This document shows, one piece after another, positions 18,958 through 28,985 of a stretch of 56,796 bases of DNA. The notes below the pieces were generated by a model. The model did not search any database. It was not told the origin of the DNA and saw only the letters and a list, made by a program, of their open reading frames with translations. Where the stretch lies: positions 1 through 56,796 of the IMG/VR virus record IMGVR_UViG_3300012940_000029; one strand, written 5' to 3'. The stretch comes from a virus. Its lineage: Duplodnaviria > Caudoviricetes. How positions within the stretch are numbered: the first letter of the stretch is position 1; the number at the start of each line of letters is the position of its first letter. The position numbers were made by a program, and so were the translations under genes.

Positions 18958-20193
18958 ATGCCGTCGCGATACCTATGGACGCCCCCGAGGCGCAACACCG
19001 AGGACCCCAACCGGCCTCCGCTGCCGGGGATGGAGCGCGCGGCCCCGCGCATCCACCCGAGGCACCCCCACTATCACCACGCCGGAAACGATGAGATCTG
19101 GGGCCACCTGGCGCACCCCGACCTCCAGCGGCACAATCCCTTCCTGGTGCATCCCCAGGACGATGAAGTCCACGGCGGTGATGTGGACTACGAGGCGGGC
19201 CGGAGCTGGAACGAGGATCACGGCGGTTACGCCGACCGCTACGAGGACATGGACGAGGAGCCCGAGCACGGGCCCGAGCGCATCGAACGGCGTCTGCGCC
19301 ATGCGATCGGCAAGGCGCTGCCCGCCATATCGGTCAGCAAGCACGCCCTGCACTCGATCCTGGACAGCGGGCGGATCAAGAGCCAGTTCGAGACCGGCAC
19401 CTCCAGGGGCGCGCTGGCCCCGGAGACCCGGGCCGACGTCGAGCACCAGTTCTTCGGCTACCCCCACGACCTGCCCGCCAAGGCGCGGCCGATCTACGGG
19501 TATCTGACCCACAACCCCTCCGTCCAGCATCCGGGCGTGCGCGGCTACGGCGAGCACTCCCTGGTGCTGCACCGGCCCCGCATCTGGCACCGCACCAGCG
19601 CCTTCATCGGGGACACGCTCGACCACCGGGAGGAGGGCCGGATGGCCCATCCGGTGCAGGATTTTAAATTGTCAGGATTTCCCCGGTACACCGACCCCAA
19701 GGACTGGCGACTGGACCGCCCCAACCATGAAGAGGGGATCGACTACACCGAGGCCCACTTCCACGGCGGCGTCGGATTGCGGGACGTCCACTACGCCGTG
19801 CTGCACGAGGACCCCGGGTCCTTCCGTGACCACGAGCACATGCAGGAACTCAAGGAGCATCTGAACCGGCGGCGGATCCCCTGGGTGCACATGCTCAAGG
19901 GCAAGCCCCAGGAGTGGCAGCACCATCTGGCCCGGGTGAACCAGGCCGTGGCGAGAGGAGCCTTCGTGACCCCCGACGCCCAGGTGATCGGTCACCAGGG
20001 GCACGAGCGCTACCTGATCGACCTCGGTTACGACGACCACCGGGGGCACCGGCAGGCCCAGGTCGCCGACGTCAGGCTCGGCCAGCTCCACACGCCCAGG
20101 GCCAAGGACTCGATCCTGGCGCGCGGCTACTGGGAGGAACCCCCCTACCCGGTGGACCTGGACGACATCCTGCCGCACGTCCTGCCGGTGTGA
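18958..20193 (+). CDS. His-rich protein with DUF3626-like (ART-related) domain
   Basis: GRIKSQFETGTSRG..RPIYGYL..YGEHSLVL..YTEAHFHGGV; late promoter at 18913-18948. Confidence 0.75.
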   Translation: MPSRYLWTPPRRNTEDPNRPPLPGMERAAPRIHPRHPHYHHAGNDEIWGHLAHPDLQRHNPFLVHPQDDEVHGGDVDYEAGRSWNEDHGGYADRYEDMDEEPEHGPERIERRLRHAIGKALPAISVSKHALHSILDSGRIKSQFETGTSRGALAPETRADVEHQFFGYPHDLPAKARPIYGYLTHNPSVQHPGVRGYGEHSLVLHRPRIWHRTSAFIGDTLDHREEGRMAHPVQDFKLSGFPRYTDPKDWRLDRPNHEEGIDYTEAHFHGGVGLRDVHYAVLHEDPGSFRDHEHMQELKEHLNRRRIPWVHMLKGKPQEWQHHLARVNQAVARGAFVTPDAQVIGHQGHERYLIDLGYDDHRGHRQAQVADVRLGQLHTPRAKDSILARGYWEEPPYPVDLDDILPHVLPV

Positions 20194-20225
20194 CCTTCCC
20201 TCCTCCGAAGGGGTGAGGAGGCTCC

Positions 20226-21017
20226 ATGACGATCCCCAGCCACCACAGCGTCGGCGACCCCGGGCACACCGACGACCACAACTCCATGGTCGACGTGCTC
20301 ACCGCCCATGAGAACCGGGTCGCGGCGATCGAGGCCGCGCAGCCGACCTACATGGTCAAGACGGGCAACAACACCGTCACCGTGAGCAACCCCTCGGGCG
20401 TGGCGGACCAGGTGATCGTGCCCTCCGGCCCCCGCGAGACCAATGCGCTGGTGCGCACCGTGACGGTCGCCGGGAAGCAGGTCTGGTGGCTGGACGCCTA
20501 CGGCATGCAGCGGCTGGAGGCGGCCTCGGCCGACGCCACCCCGCTGGTGGTGGCCGGGTACGACAACAACCAGAGCGGCGACCTCCAGCAGTGGCGCAAG
20601 CACATCGGCGGGGACCTGCTGGCCCGGATCGACCGGGACGGCAACGTGCACGCCCCCAACGTCACCCCCAGCCCCTGGACGAACCTCACGCTGGCCTCGG
20701 GCATCGCCTGGAACTCTTCCCTCGGTGCGCGGCCCGCCTACCGCAAGGTCGGCGACACGGTGGAGCTGCGCGGCAACATTCGCAGGAGCAACAACGCCGA
20801 CTTCACCGTGAGCCCGCAGGAGGTGGGCACGCTCCCGACGGACTTCCGGCCGCCCCACTTCTCCTTCTCGATCCAGCCCGCCACCTTCCGGGGCGGGTTC
20901 TCCTGGGTGCGCATGGGGATCCACCCGGACGGCAAGGTCGAGTTCTACTTCTGGTTCTCCTCCTACAACCCGGACTGGGTCAGCCTGGACGGCTTCCGCT
21001 TCTCGGTCACGCCATGA
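20226..21017 (+). CDS. Minor structural/tail-fibre-like protein
   Basis: Beta-rich; YRKVGDTVELRG..TLPTDFRP is a common fibre C-terminal motif; late promoter. Confidence 0.65.
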   Translation: MTIPSHHSVGDPGHTDDHNSMVDVLTAHENRVAAIEAAQPTYMVKTGNNTVTVSNPSGVADQVIVPSGPRETNALVRTVTVAGKQVWWLDAYGMQRLEAASADATPLVVAGYDNNQSGDLQQWRKHIGGDLLARIDRDGNVHAPNVTPSPWTNLTLASGIAWNSSLGARPAYRKVGDTVELRGNIRRSNNADFTVSPQEVGTLPTDFRPPHFSFSIQPATFRGGFSWVRMGIHPDGKVEFYFWFSSYNPDWVSLDGFRFSVTP

Positions 21018-21061
21018 TCGTCGCCTTGCTTTGGGTGACACGGTCGCGCATACTGTGAGTA

Positions 21062-21160
21062 CGGTCGGGGGCCCGGATGTGCTGAACTCCACGGCGACGA
21101 CCTTTCTCTTGGGTAAGAGGGCCTCGGGCTCCGGACCTCGGTCCGGAGCCCGAGGTGTTT
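21062..21160 (+). ncRNA. Candidate small RNA
   Basis: TTGCTT-N19-TACTGT promoter-like signal, no credible ORF, ends in 15-bp hairpin 21122-21155 plus TGTTT. Confidence 0.35.
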
Positions 21161-21226
21161 CTGCTGTCGGGTGTCCGCCGAGCCCGGGGAATGGGTGGAC
21201 GCATCCATCCTCGGAAGGTGATTCAC

Positions 21227-21790
21227 ATGCCGGTCGGTCAGCTCGTCGCACTGCGCAACCTGAGGGACGGGGTGGTCGTGCTCACCCCCAATTTCAGCGA
21301 CCCGCGCAACTATCTGGAGTTCCAGGCCGCCGGAGACCCCGGCGGCGGCGACGTCCAATACGTCTCCGAGGAGCTGACCATCGCCCCGGCCGTCGTCAAG
21401 GCGCTCCAGCACCAGGTGCTGGCACTGGAGTCCGACACGATGTCGGAGAGCGTCCGCAACGCCTTCGAGCAGCAGATGAAGGCCGCCCGGGAGCAGCGCG
21501 AGCGCGCTCAGGCCCACATCGCCGAGACCATCGACCGGCCGGAGAACCGCGACATCATCGGCGAGACCTGCGTGGGTCCCGGCGAGCGGCCCGACGCGCC
21601 CTGCGGGGCCTCGATCGCCATCCGCGACCGCGCCCAGATGGACACCGCGCCGCTGTGCGCCCGGCATGTCCACTTGAGCATGGAGTACACCCGCGTCGAG
21701 GACAACTCCTACAACGCCGATGGCACCAGCAAGAAGGGGTACAAGTGGTTCCGGACCCGGATCACCCCCAGGGAGCGAGGCCAGGTGTGA
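21227..21790 (+). CDS. Hypothetical virion-module protein
   Basis: ATG after GGAAGGTG; late promoter at 21164-21198. Confidence 0.7.
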   Translation: MPVGQLVALRNLRDGVVVLTPNFSDPRNYLEFQAAGDPGGGDVQYVSEELTIAPAVVKALQHQVLALESDTMSESVRNAFEQQMKAAREQRERAQAHIAETIDRPENRDIIGETCVGPGERPDAPCGASIAIRDRAQMDTAPLCARHVHLSMEYTRVEDNSYNADGTSKKGYKWFRTRITPRERGQV

Positions 21791-22260
21791 ACGCAGACAA
21801 GGTCGAGGGCTTCGGCGAGTACCACCCCGAGGCGGCGCAGTACCGGCCCTACAACGACGCCATGGCGGCGTGGCGCAACGAGGTGATCGCCATGCAGGCG
21901 CAGGGCGTCCTGCCGGTCTCCCAGACGCCTCAGGACGCCCCTGAGCCCCTCCGGGAGGCGGAGGCGGCCCCGGACCCCGCCCCGGCCGTGCCGGAGCCCC
22001 AGGGGCCCGCTGAGGGCGTCGATGCCGCCCCCGAGGAGAAGGCCGCGTCCGACGAGCCCCGGGAGGTCTTCGACCCCGTCGAGCACACCGCGCCGGAGGT
22101 GCTGGAGTACCTCAAGGGCGTCGGCGAGGACGAGGCCGTCCGCGTGCTGGAGTCGGAGGAGCGGGGCAAGGCCCGCAAGGGCATCCTGAACCTCAAGGAC
22201 GACGTGCTGGCCAGGGCGCGCGAGAACGACGAGACGGGCTCGGGCTCCAAGAGCGCCTGA
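21787..22260 (+). CDS. Hypothetical protein
   Basis: GTG overlapping the upstream stop; VLESEERGKARKGIL motif. Confidence 0.7.
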   Translation: MNADKVEGFGEYHPEAAQYRPYNDAMAAWRNEVIAMQAQGVLPVSQTPQDAPEPLREAEAAPDPAPAVPEPQGPAEGVDAAPEEKAASDEPREVFDPVEHTAPEVLEYLKGVGEDEAVRVLESEERGKARKGILNLKDDVLARARENDETGSGSKSA

Positions 22261-22290
22261 GCGGGAAACGAGAGGTAGGGAGGCCCGGAG

Positions 22291-23652
22291 ATGCCCGACA
22301 CTCCAGCCACGAACGTCGAGACCGCCGGGGTGTACGGCCAGACCGGTGCCATCCCGGTGGGCAGCATGGCCACCTCCGGGGAGGTCAAGGACACCACCGA
22401 GATCGGCGGGGCGGGCTCGGTCACGGCCCGGCCCGAGAGCCCGGTGCTGAGCGCGACCCCCGACACTGAAGGGGTCTACGGCCCGAACGATCCGGGCGAC
22501 TTCAGCCCGGTCTCCACGCTGCTGACCGGCACCCAGGACACCACCATGGGGTACGCGGCCCCGGCGAACATGGCGGCCCCCGTCTACCGCGAGCCCAGCA
22601 TCGGAGTGCCGGTCACCCTGTACGAATCCGACCGCGCCTACGGGTACGCCGAACCGGTGCCGCAGGAGAACTACCCCTGGGTCACCGACGGCACGGTGGA
22701 GACCGCCAGCTTCGGCGCGATCGGCGGGCACATCATCACCCAGACCGACACGCTGACCATCGACGCGACCACGCCCGCGCTCACCCGCCCCGGCGTCATC
22801 GGCAACGCGGCCTCGCTGGTGGTGGTCAACACCGGCCAGGTCATCCAGGTGGAGGACGAGGAGCACGTCCTGACCGGCCTGGACCCCTTCGAGCTGGACA
22901 ACCTGGGAGTGCTGACGGCGGTCGCCGACCTGGTGGTCAAGAAGGACGACACCGTCTTGACGCCGACCACCGACTACACCGTGGCCGCCACCGGCACCGG
23001 GGCGGCGCGCAAGATCACCGTCACCCCGGTGGACAGCGACACCGTGGACGCCAACGACACCCTCACGGTGAGCTACGCCTACGGCAACGCGGCCTACTTC
23101 GCCGACGACCCGCTGGTGCTGGACACCGACTACACCGTCACCTTCACCGGCGGCATGGGCGAGCGCCGGGCGTCCATCCTGCGCGAGAGCGGCGGCTCGG
23201 CGGCCGACGGCGATCAGATCGAGGTCACCTACCAGGCCGGTGACCAGGTGTACTGGGGCACGCGGATCGCCGACGAGGAGCCGCCCGCCCCGACGCTGGT
23301 CTCGGTCACGGCGGGGGACCGCAAGGTCACCATTACCTGGACTAACCCGAACCTGGCCGATGACGACGACATCGACGGCTACCTGATCCAGTCCAACACC
23401 GACGGCACCCGGTACGCGCCGGGCGGGGTGACCAGCTTTGACTTCGAGCAGGTCGTGCCCAGCCAGGCGTACATCTTCCGGGTGGCGGCCTTCAACGAGC
23501 GCGGGCTGGGCGAGTTCTCCGACTGGTCGGCCCCGGTCTCGCCGCTGCACTACGACGAGGTCCCGCCGGTCGGGCTCGACCCGCGCAACACGATCAACCC
23601 GATCTACAACGCCGACGGCACCGTGGTCCCGGGAACCGGCCTGGGAGTCTGA
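22291..23652 (+). CDS. Structural protein with Ig-like repeats and C-terminal FN3 domain
   Basis: TDYTV repeats; VTITWT..YIFRVAAFNERGLGEFS FN3 signature. Confidence 0.75.
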   Translation: MPDTPATNVETAGVYGQTGAIPVGSMATSGEVKDTTEIGGAGSVTARPESPVLSATPDTEGVYGPNDPGDFSPVSTLLTGTQDTTMGYAAPANMAAPVYREPSIGVPVTLYESDRAYGYAEPVPQENYPWVTDGTVETASFGAIGGHIITQTDTLTIDATTPALTRPGVIGNAASLVVVNTGQVIQVEDEEHVLTGLDPFELDNLGVLTAVADLVVKKDDTVLTPTTDYTVAATGTGAARKITVTPVDSDTVDANDTLTVSYAYGNAAYFADDPLVLDTDYTVTFTGGMGERRASILRESGGSAADGDQIEVTYQAGDQVYWGTRIADEEPPAPTLVSVTAGDRKVTITWTNPNLADDDDIDGYLIQSNTDGTRYAPGGVTSFDFEQVVPSQAYIFRVAAFNERGLGEFSDWSAPVSPLHYDEVPPVGLDPRNTINPIYNADGTVVPGTGLGV

Positions 23653-23656
23653 TCAC

Positions 23657-23675
23657 TACCAAGGAACCTGGGGAA
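23657..23675. promoter_or_regulatory. Operator copy upstream of -10 TATGAT
   Basis: TACCAAGGAACCTGGGGAA. Confidence 0.7.
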
Positions 23676-23741
23676 TATGTATGATGGGGCGGCCCAGTAC
23701 CGCCCCATCTGCATTTTAAAAACCCAAGAGAAGGAGTGGGC

Positions 23742-23957
23742 ATGAGCGAACCGGCGAAGGAGCCTCCTGATGAGGCGATGACGCAGATCCCCGACGAGGC
23801 CGACCTGGAGGAGTTCTACACCCTGATGGCCGAGGAGGTCCCCGCCATGGACGACCTCACGCTGGCCGCGCTGGGCGACCCGCTCGACCTGGCCCGGCGC
23901 TACTACCGCGAGGACAACCGGCCGGTGCTCTACGACGCCGAACGGGCCCGCCGCTGA
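23742..23957 (+). CDS. Small acidic hypothetical protein
   Basis: RBS AAGGAG; leader contains ACCCAAGAGA. Confidence 0.65.
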   Translation: MSEPAKEPPDEAMTQIPDEADLEEFYTLMAEEVPAMDDLTLAALGDPLDLARRYYREDNRPVLYDAERARR

Positions 23958-24033
23958 CCCTCCTGCTGTACACGGACACCTCTCACCCCTGAAGGAGTGA
24001 GAGGTGTCCGTTTGCGTTCCCAGGAGATTGTCC

Positions 24034-24687
24034 ATGAGCACCCTGACCCCACGGCTCGGCCTGAAGCGTCCGGACGGGACCGACCCGTTCCTGACCCAGG
24101 ATTTCGTGGACAACTACAACAAGCTCGACGCCGCGCCGGGCGTGCACGTGTGCACCTCCTCCACCCGGCCGAGCTGGGGCGCGGCCCAGGCGGGCCGCAC
24201 GATCTTTCTCACCGACTACAAGTGCTTCCAGTGGTGGGACGGCTCGGCCTGGCAATTCGAGCGCGCTGCGGCGGGCATGTTCGCGGGCGGCGCGCTGTTC
24301 GAGGCCACGCTGTCCAAGAACGCGGTGGTCACCTACAACCTGCTGAACTTCACCACTCCCAGGCCCTGCAACCTGGCCGTCTGGCTCAACATGACCTTCG
24401 GCTGCGACTCGCGTTTCTCCCAGTCGATCTTCGGCCGGATCGTCTACGACGGCGGAGACTCGCTGCTGGGCGGCTACTCCGACTCGCTGCGCTTCACCGG
24501 CAACTCCGCCGACACCAGCGCCAACGCCTACATGACCATGACGCTGCTCGGCATGGTCTCGGTCTCGGCGGGGTCGCACACCCTCGGCGGCAAGGTCACC
24601 GTCGGGGCCTACAACACCTCGGTGATCCTGCGGGGCATGAAGGTCGTCGCGTCGATGGCCACCTACGCCTCCAACCAGATCCTGTGA
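24034..24687 (+). CDS. Minor tail/structural protein
   Basis: TPRLGLKRP N-terminus typical of actinophage minor tail proteins; late promoter at 23966-24000. Confidence 0.65.
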   Translation: MSTLTPRLGLKRPDGTDPFLTQDFVDNYNKLDAAPGVHVCTSSTRPSWGAAQAGRTIFLTDYKCFQWWDGSAWQFERAAAGMFAGGALFEATLSKNAVVTYNLLNFTTPRPCNLAVWLNMTFGCDSRFSQSIFGRIVYDGGDSLLGGYSDSLRFTGNSADTSANAYMTMTLLGMVSVSAGSHTLGGKVTVGAYNTSVILRGMKVVASMATYASNQIL

Positions 24688-24699
24688 CGGGCGGGCGCG

Positions 24700-24966
24700 A
24701 TGACGCTGGACGAGCTGACCGGGCGGGCCTGTGCCATCGGCCTGCCCAGCGCCTCCGGCGACATCGCCCAGGCCCTGCTGCGCGTCGGCGGCGACCTGGT
24801 GCGCGCCCTGCGGGACGGCTCCCGGGAGGATCTGCGACGTGAGATCGGCAACCTGGTGGTCTCAGCGCCCCGCTGGGCGGCTGCCCACGACCTGACCCTG
24901 GAAGAGTGCGTCCACGCCGCGCTGGAGGCCCAGCGCGCCTATGAGAGCCGGGAAGGAGCCCTGTGA
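24700..24966 (+). CDS. MazG-like helical protein, possibly degenerate
   Basis: GDLVRALR..LRREIGNLV..DLTLEECV; catalytic acidic residues partly missing. Confidence 0.45.
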   Translation: MTLDELTGRACAIGLPSASGDIAQALLRVGGDLVRALRDGSREDLRREIGNLVVSAPRWAAAHDLTLEECVHAALEAQRAYESREGAL

Positions 24967-25898
24967 TGGAGGGCTACAATGCCGACCCCACCGATCTGGT
25001 CAACCCGGACCTGATCGACTGGCGCGAGCGCCGGTACTTCGGTCGCAACACCGTCCAGACGGTTGGGCTGTCGCTGATCGGCCCGGACGGCACCTCCCCC
25101 ATCGACGCGGACGGCGACGTCACGCTGACCTACTACTTCATGGACACCCCGGACGGGGTCGGCACGCAGGTCTTCCAGCGGGTCGCCGAGCACCCCTCCA
25201 CGGGCCTGTACGAGGTGCGGCTGACCGCCGAGGACACCGGTCAGATCGGCAACTACCACGGCATCTGGTCGTACGAGATGGACGGCCACCCCGAGACGTA
25301 CACGATCTACACCGTGGTGGGCGAGGCCAACCCCGCCTACGACCAGCTCCCCACGGCCTTCAAGGAGGTCGTGGACAACGTCTGGATCCGCTTCGCCGAC
25401 CTGTTTGACTCGCCCGCCGGGGGCCCGCACCTTCAGACCTATTACCAGACGCACTGGTCCCGGGGCCGGATGGCGCAGCTCATGGGGATGGGCCTGCGCA
25501 GGCTGAACGTGATCAGCCAGCCGTACCAGACGCACACCATCGACGGCAACGGCGGCCCGGTCTTCCCCATCCACCAGTGGGGCGGCCTGCTGGAGCTGGT
25601 GACCTACATCGAGGCGCTCAAGCACCTGCGGCGCAGCTACCTGGAGCAGCCCGAGGCGATGCTAGCGGGCGGGGTGTCCCGGCTGGACCGGCGCGACTAC
25701 TTCGACCGCTGGGGCCAGCTCCTCGCCGAGGCCGAGGAGGACCTGAAGAGCGCCCAGGACACCTTTAAGTTGAGCTTCATGTTCCTTGGCACGCCTCAGG
25801 TATTGGTAAGCGGCGGTGTCTATGGCAAATACGGTCCGACTCGGATAGCTGGAAGCGTTGCCGCACGTCCGAGGTACTGGGTCCGTTTCTACTCCTGA
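24966..25898 (+). CDS. Head-tail adaptor/neck protein
   Basis: Position and size; Ig-like N-terminal half, helical C-terminal half. Confidence 0.55.
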   Translation: MEGYNADPTDLVNPDLIDWRERRYFGRNTVQTVGLSLIGPDGTSPIDADGDVTLTYYFMDTPDGVGTQVFQRVAEHPSTGLYEVRLTAEDTGQIGNYHGIWSYEMDGHPETYTIYTVVGEANPAYDQLPTAFKEVVDNVWIRFADLFDSPAGGPHLQTYYQTHWSRGRMAQLMGMGLRRLNVISQPYQTHTIDGNGGPVFPIHQWGGLLELVTYIEALKHLRRSYLEQPEAMLAGGVSRLDRRDYFDRWGQLLAEAEEDLKSAQDTFKLSFMFLGTPQVLVSGGVYGKYGPTRIAGSVAARPRYWVRFYS

Positions 25899-25952
25899 CC
25901 TGCGAAAACAGGATTTGTGTCTAGCTAGACCCCTGGTGTAGTGTCTCGGCCT

Positions 25953-26648
25953 ATGTCCAGTCCTGCGCCGATCGAGCGCATCATGAAGATCTTGAGTGAG
26001 GCGTACCCAGACGGCCTCCCGACCGATGGCTGCTGGACGTGGCCCCGCCCTCCCACGGGCGGCGGCTACGGTCAGCTCAGCGTCGGAGGCCGCCCCTATC
26101 TCGTCCACCGACTGATCTACGAGGCCGAGCACGGGGTCATCCCGGACGGCTACGAGATCGATCACGTCTGCCACAACGGTGATGTCTCCTGTGCGGGCGG
26201 GAAGACGTGCGTGCACCGCCGCTGCTGCCGCCCAGAGCATCTCCAGGCCAGGCCGCCCAAGGAGAACGCGGCGGCGGCGAACAAGCCGCGCCAGCGCAAC
26301 CAGTTCAAGACGCACTGCCCGAAGGGCCACCCGTACGACGACGCGAACACCATGTGGGTGACGATCCGTCGCAACGGCAAGGAGTACACCGCCCGGCACT
26401 GCAAGGCGTGCAACCGCGAGCGGGTCTACAAGGCCAAGACGGGCTCTGAGAGGCCCGCTGACGGGATGGAGAGCCTCTCCCGGGCCGGGACGCCGACCTG
26501 CCGCCGGGGGCACGCCTACGACGAGCAGAACACCAAGCACGACACGACCACGGGCAAGCGCCGCTGCCGGAAGTGCGAGCGGCTGAACGGCATCAACGCC
26601 AAGCGGCGCAAGAAGGGCCTGGAGCCGCTGAAGGAGCTGCCAGAGTAG
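25953..26648 (+). CDS. Free-standing HNH homing endonuclease
   Basis: CWTW..GYG..HRLIY..IDHVC..CCRPEHL; two THCxxGH..NT..CxxC repeats; extended -10 TGTAGTGT just before ATG (leaderless). Confidence 0.9.
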   Translation: MSSPAPIERIMKILSEAYPDGLPTDGCWTWPRPPTGGGYGQLSVGGRPYLVHRLIYEAEHGVIPDGYEIDHVCHNGDVSCAGGKTCVHRRCCRPEHLQARPPKENAAAANKPRQRNQFKTHCPKGHPYDDANTMWVTIRRNGKEYTARHCKACNRERVYKAKTGSERPADGMESLSRAGTPTCRRGHAYDEQNTKHDTTTGKRRCRKCERLNGINAKRRKKGLEPLKELPE

Positions 26649-26658
26649 GCTTCCCTAC

Positions 26659-26970
26659 ATGCCTACTGAATGGGAACGTCAGCAGAGCCAGATCAACCGA
26701 GCGGCTGCCCAGATGAGCGGAGAGTCCGCGATCAAGGCGCTGTTCAATCCGGAACTCATCGAGCAGGCCATCCGATGCAGTGATCCCATCCACGAGGGGT
26801 ATGAGGCAGCCCTTCGGGCCCTGCTTCGCTACGTCTCCGAGGCTCAGGCCACGATCGACGGTCTGGTCAACATGATCGAGGAGCCGGAGAAGAAGGGTTT
26901 CGTCCAGCGCTCGGACGGATCCTGGTACTACATCGGAGTGCAGGACATCACCGATCAGACGGGCTTCTGA
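26659..26970 (+). CDS. Hypothetical protein
   Basis: 103 aa ORF followed by bidirectional hairpin 26970-27024. Confidence 0.6.
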   Translation: MPTEWERQQSQINRAAAQMSGESAIKALFNPELIEQAIRCSDPIHEGYEAALRALLRYVSEAQATIDGLVNMIEEPEKKGFVQRSDGSWYYIGVQDITDQTGF

Positions 26971-27049
26971 GACACACGAAGGCCCGCCGGGGGAGCATCA
27001 TTCCCGGCGGGCCTCGGTGTGTCTGGTGTCTACGCCAAGACGGGGTACC

Positions 27050-27526
27050 CTACCGCGCCTGGGCGACCGGAGCGGAGTAGACGGTGCCGAAGCCGTTCAG
27101 GGTGAAGGTGACCTTCGTCGGGACGAACCGCCCCTTCACCGCAACGGTGCCGGTGGCGTGCTCACCGGGAGCGAGCTTGGTCAGGTCGAACTCGTTCTTG
27201 TCGATTCCGGTGGTGTCGGACGCCTCGTGCTTGCCACCCTTGCTGTCCACCACGGCGAAGTAGAAGGGATCGACCTCCAGCAGGCCGCTCTTGCGGCGGT
27301 TGGTGATCGTCACCTTGACGGCCGTGTAGGTGCCTTCGGCGAACACGCCGGGGTCGTGCTCGGTCTCGACGGCCTTCAGGGCGACCGGCGGAGTCTTCTT
27401 GGCCGCCTTCGCGGTGGTCTTGCCCGGCTTGCTGTGACCGGCGGAGACCTCGTTCTCGACGGGGACGGCGCAGGCTCCGGCCGTCAGGGTGATCGCCAGC
27501 GCGGCGAGGATGATGCGGACCTTCAT
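27050..27526 (-). CDS. DUF4352-like lipoprotein
   Basis: Signal peptide with LTAGAC lipobox; VKVTITN..VDPFYF..LAPGEHATGTV. Confidence 0.75.
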   Translation of the reverse strand: MKVRIILAALAITLTAGACAVPVENEVSAGHSKPGKTTAKAAKKTPPVALKAVETEHDPGVFAEGTYTAVKVTITNRRKSGLLEVDPFYFAVVDSKGGKHEASDTTGIDKNEFDLTKLAPGEHATGTVAVKGRFVPTKVTFTLNGFGTVYSAPVAQAR

Positions 27527-27558
27527 GGGTGATCCCTCCCAGATCTTTGGCTCGACTA

Positions 27559-27578
27559 TACCCTAGAAACCTGGGGAA
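27559..27578. promoter_or_regulatory. Operator copy overlapping minus-strand -10 TATAGT
   Basis: TACCCTAGAAACCTGGGGAA. Confidence 0.7.
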
Positions 27579-27976
27579 GCACCGAGGGACGGAACTTTGT
27601 CCTGGGCACCGAGTCCTGACACAACGAGGCCCGGCGTCCCCCTGCGGGCCGCCGGGCCTCGTGCCGTCCAAGATGTCCAGTCGAAGACGGGCACCACCAC
27701 TCTACCTCGTCTCAATCCCTGCTCGGCTGATGGGAAAGGCGACGACTCCTCCGCTGGTATTCAGGTCCCCAATGAAAGGCGTGACGAGACCTCGCTTAAA
27801 AGGCGAGTTCTTAGCTGGCGTTCCCCTTTCGAGGCATGGACTTCCGGGCACGACAAAGGCCCCACCCTGCTGTAGGGTGGGGCCCCGTCAGTATCAACCA
27901 GCGTTGCTACTGTACCACTGGCGTACGGTCTGTGCACCCGGGGCAGTATGCGACGCCTCCGTACAGGAGGACGCCT

Positions 27977-28816
27977 GTGCTCAACCTCCCCGAGACGATC
28001 TTCGTGGACTCCTCGGGCCTCCGCGCCAACTACGCCGACCGCGACCACCTGCTCGACAAGGTCAAGAAGCTCTCCCTCCTGCCGGACAACCTGCACGCCA
28101 CCACCGAACTGGTGGCCCGGTACTACGAGGTGTCGACCGACACGATTAAGAAGCTCGTCGAGCGCCACCGTGAGGAGCTGGAGGGCAACGGCTACCGCGT
28201 ACTGGAGGGCGAGGAACTGAGTGACATGAAGTCACTCTGTCGGATCGAATCTCGCGTCCGGTCCCTGGCGATCTTCTCCCGCCGCGCCGTCCTGAACGTC
28301 GGCATGCTCCTGCGGGACTCCCAGGTCGCCCGAGCCCTCCGGACCTACCTCCTCAACGTCGAGCAGCTCGCGCCGCAGGACCAGCGGGCTCAGGCCCTGC
28401 GGGTGCGCTACGACGAGAAGTTCGACTACAGCAGGCTGCGGGACGTCGTCACCACGGCGGTGGACTACCAGCCGGGCACCGAGTACTCCGACCTGTTCTT
28501 CGCGCGGATGCAGAACTACTTCTACCTCTGCGTCACGGGCATGAAGGCGGCTCAGCTCAAGCGGGTCCGCCCGGTGAACCCCGCTCTGTGCACACGGTTC
28601 CGGAAGGACGGCGTCACCCCGCTGGCCGTGGAGAAGCAGAGCGCCAAGAACCGGCTGTCCATGGACGAGTTGGCCGACATCAACTCTCTGGTGCTCGGGG
28701 CCATCGCCCGGTTGTCCTACCGGTCCCGGCAGGCCGTCCGGGAGGGGCGCGGATGGACTCTGGCAGAGGTCGAGCAGAACGTCTGCTGGGCTGTCGAAGA
28801 GCTGGTGAAAGGATGA
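27977..28816 (+). CDS. Antirepressor-like DNA-binding protein
   Basis: GTG after AGGAGG; VARYYEV..RHREELEGNG..RAVLNVGMLLRDSQVARALRTYLL phage antirepressor-type N-domain. Confidence 0.6.
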   Translation: MLNLPETIFVDSSGLRANYADRDHLLDKVKKLSLLPDNLHATTELVARYYEVSTDTIKKLVERHREELEGNGYRVLEGEELSDMKSLCRIESRVRSLAIFSRRAVLNVGMLLRDSQVARALRTYLLNVEQLAPQDQRAQALRVRYDEKFDYSRLRDVVTTAVDYQPGTEYSDLFFARMQNYFYLCVTGMKAAQLKRVRPVNPALCTRFRKDGVTPLAVEKQSAKNRLSMDELADINSLVLGAIARLSYRSRQAVREGRGWTLAEVEQNVCWAVEELVKG

Positions 28817-28985
28817 TCATGCGCGACGATCACAGCCCGCGCCGGAAGCGCCTGGAGGACCAGGGCCTGCTGGGGGCGCGGGTCGTCACGCCCGAGGAGG
28901 AGACTGAGGACGCCGCCTGGTGACGCGACGAGGCCCGGGTCCCACGATCGGGACCCGGGCCTCTGCCGTTCGGGGAGCAGGCGAG

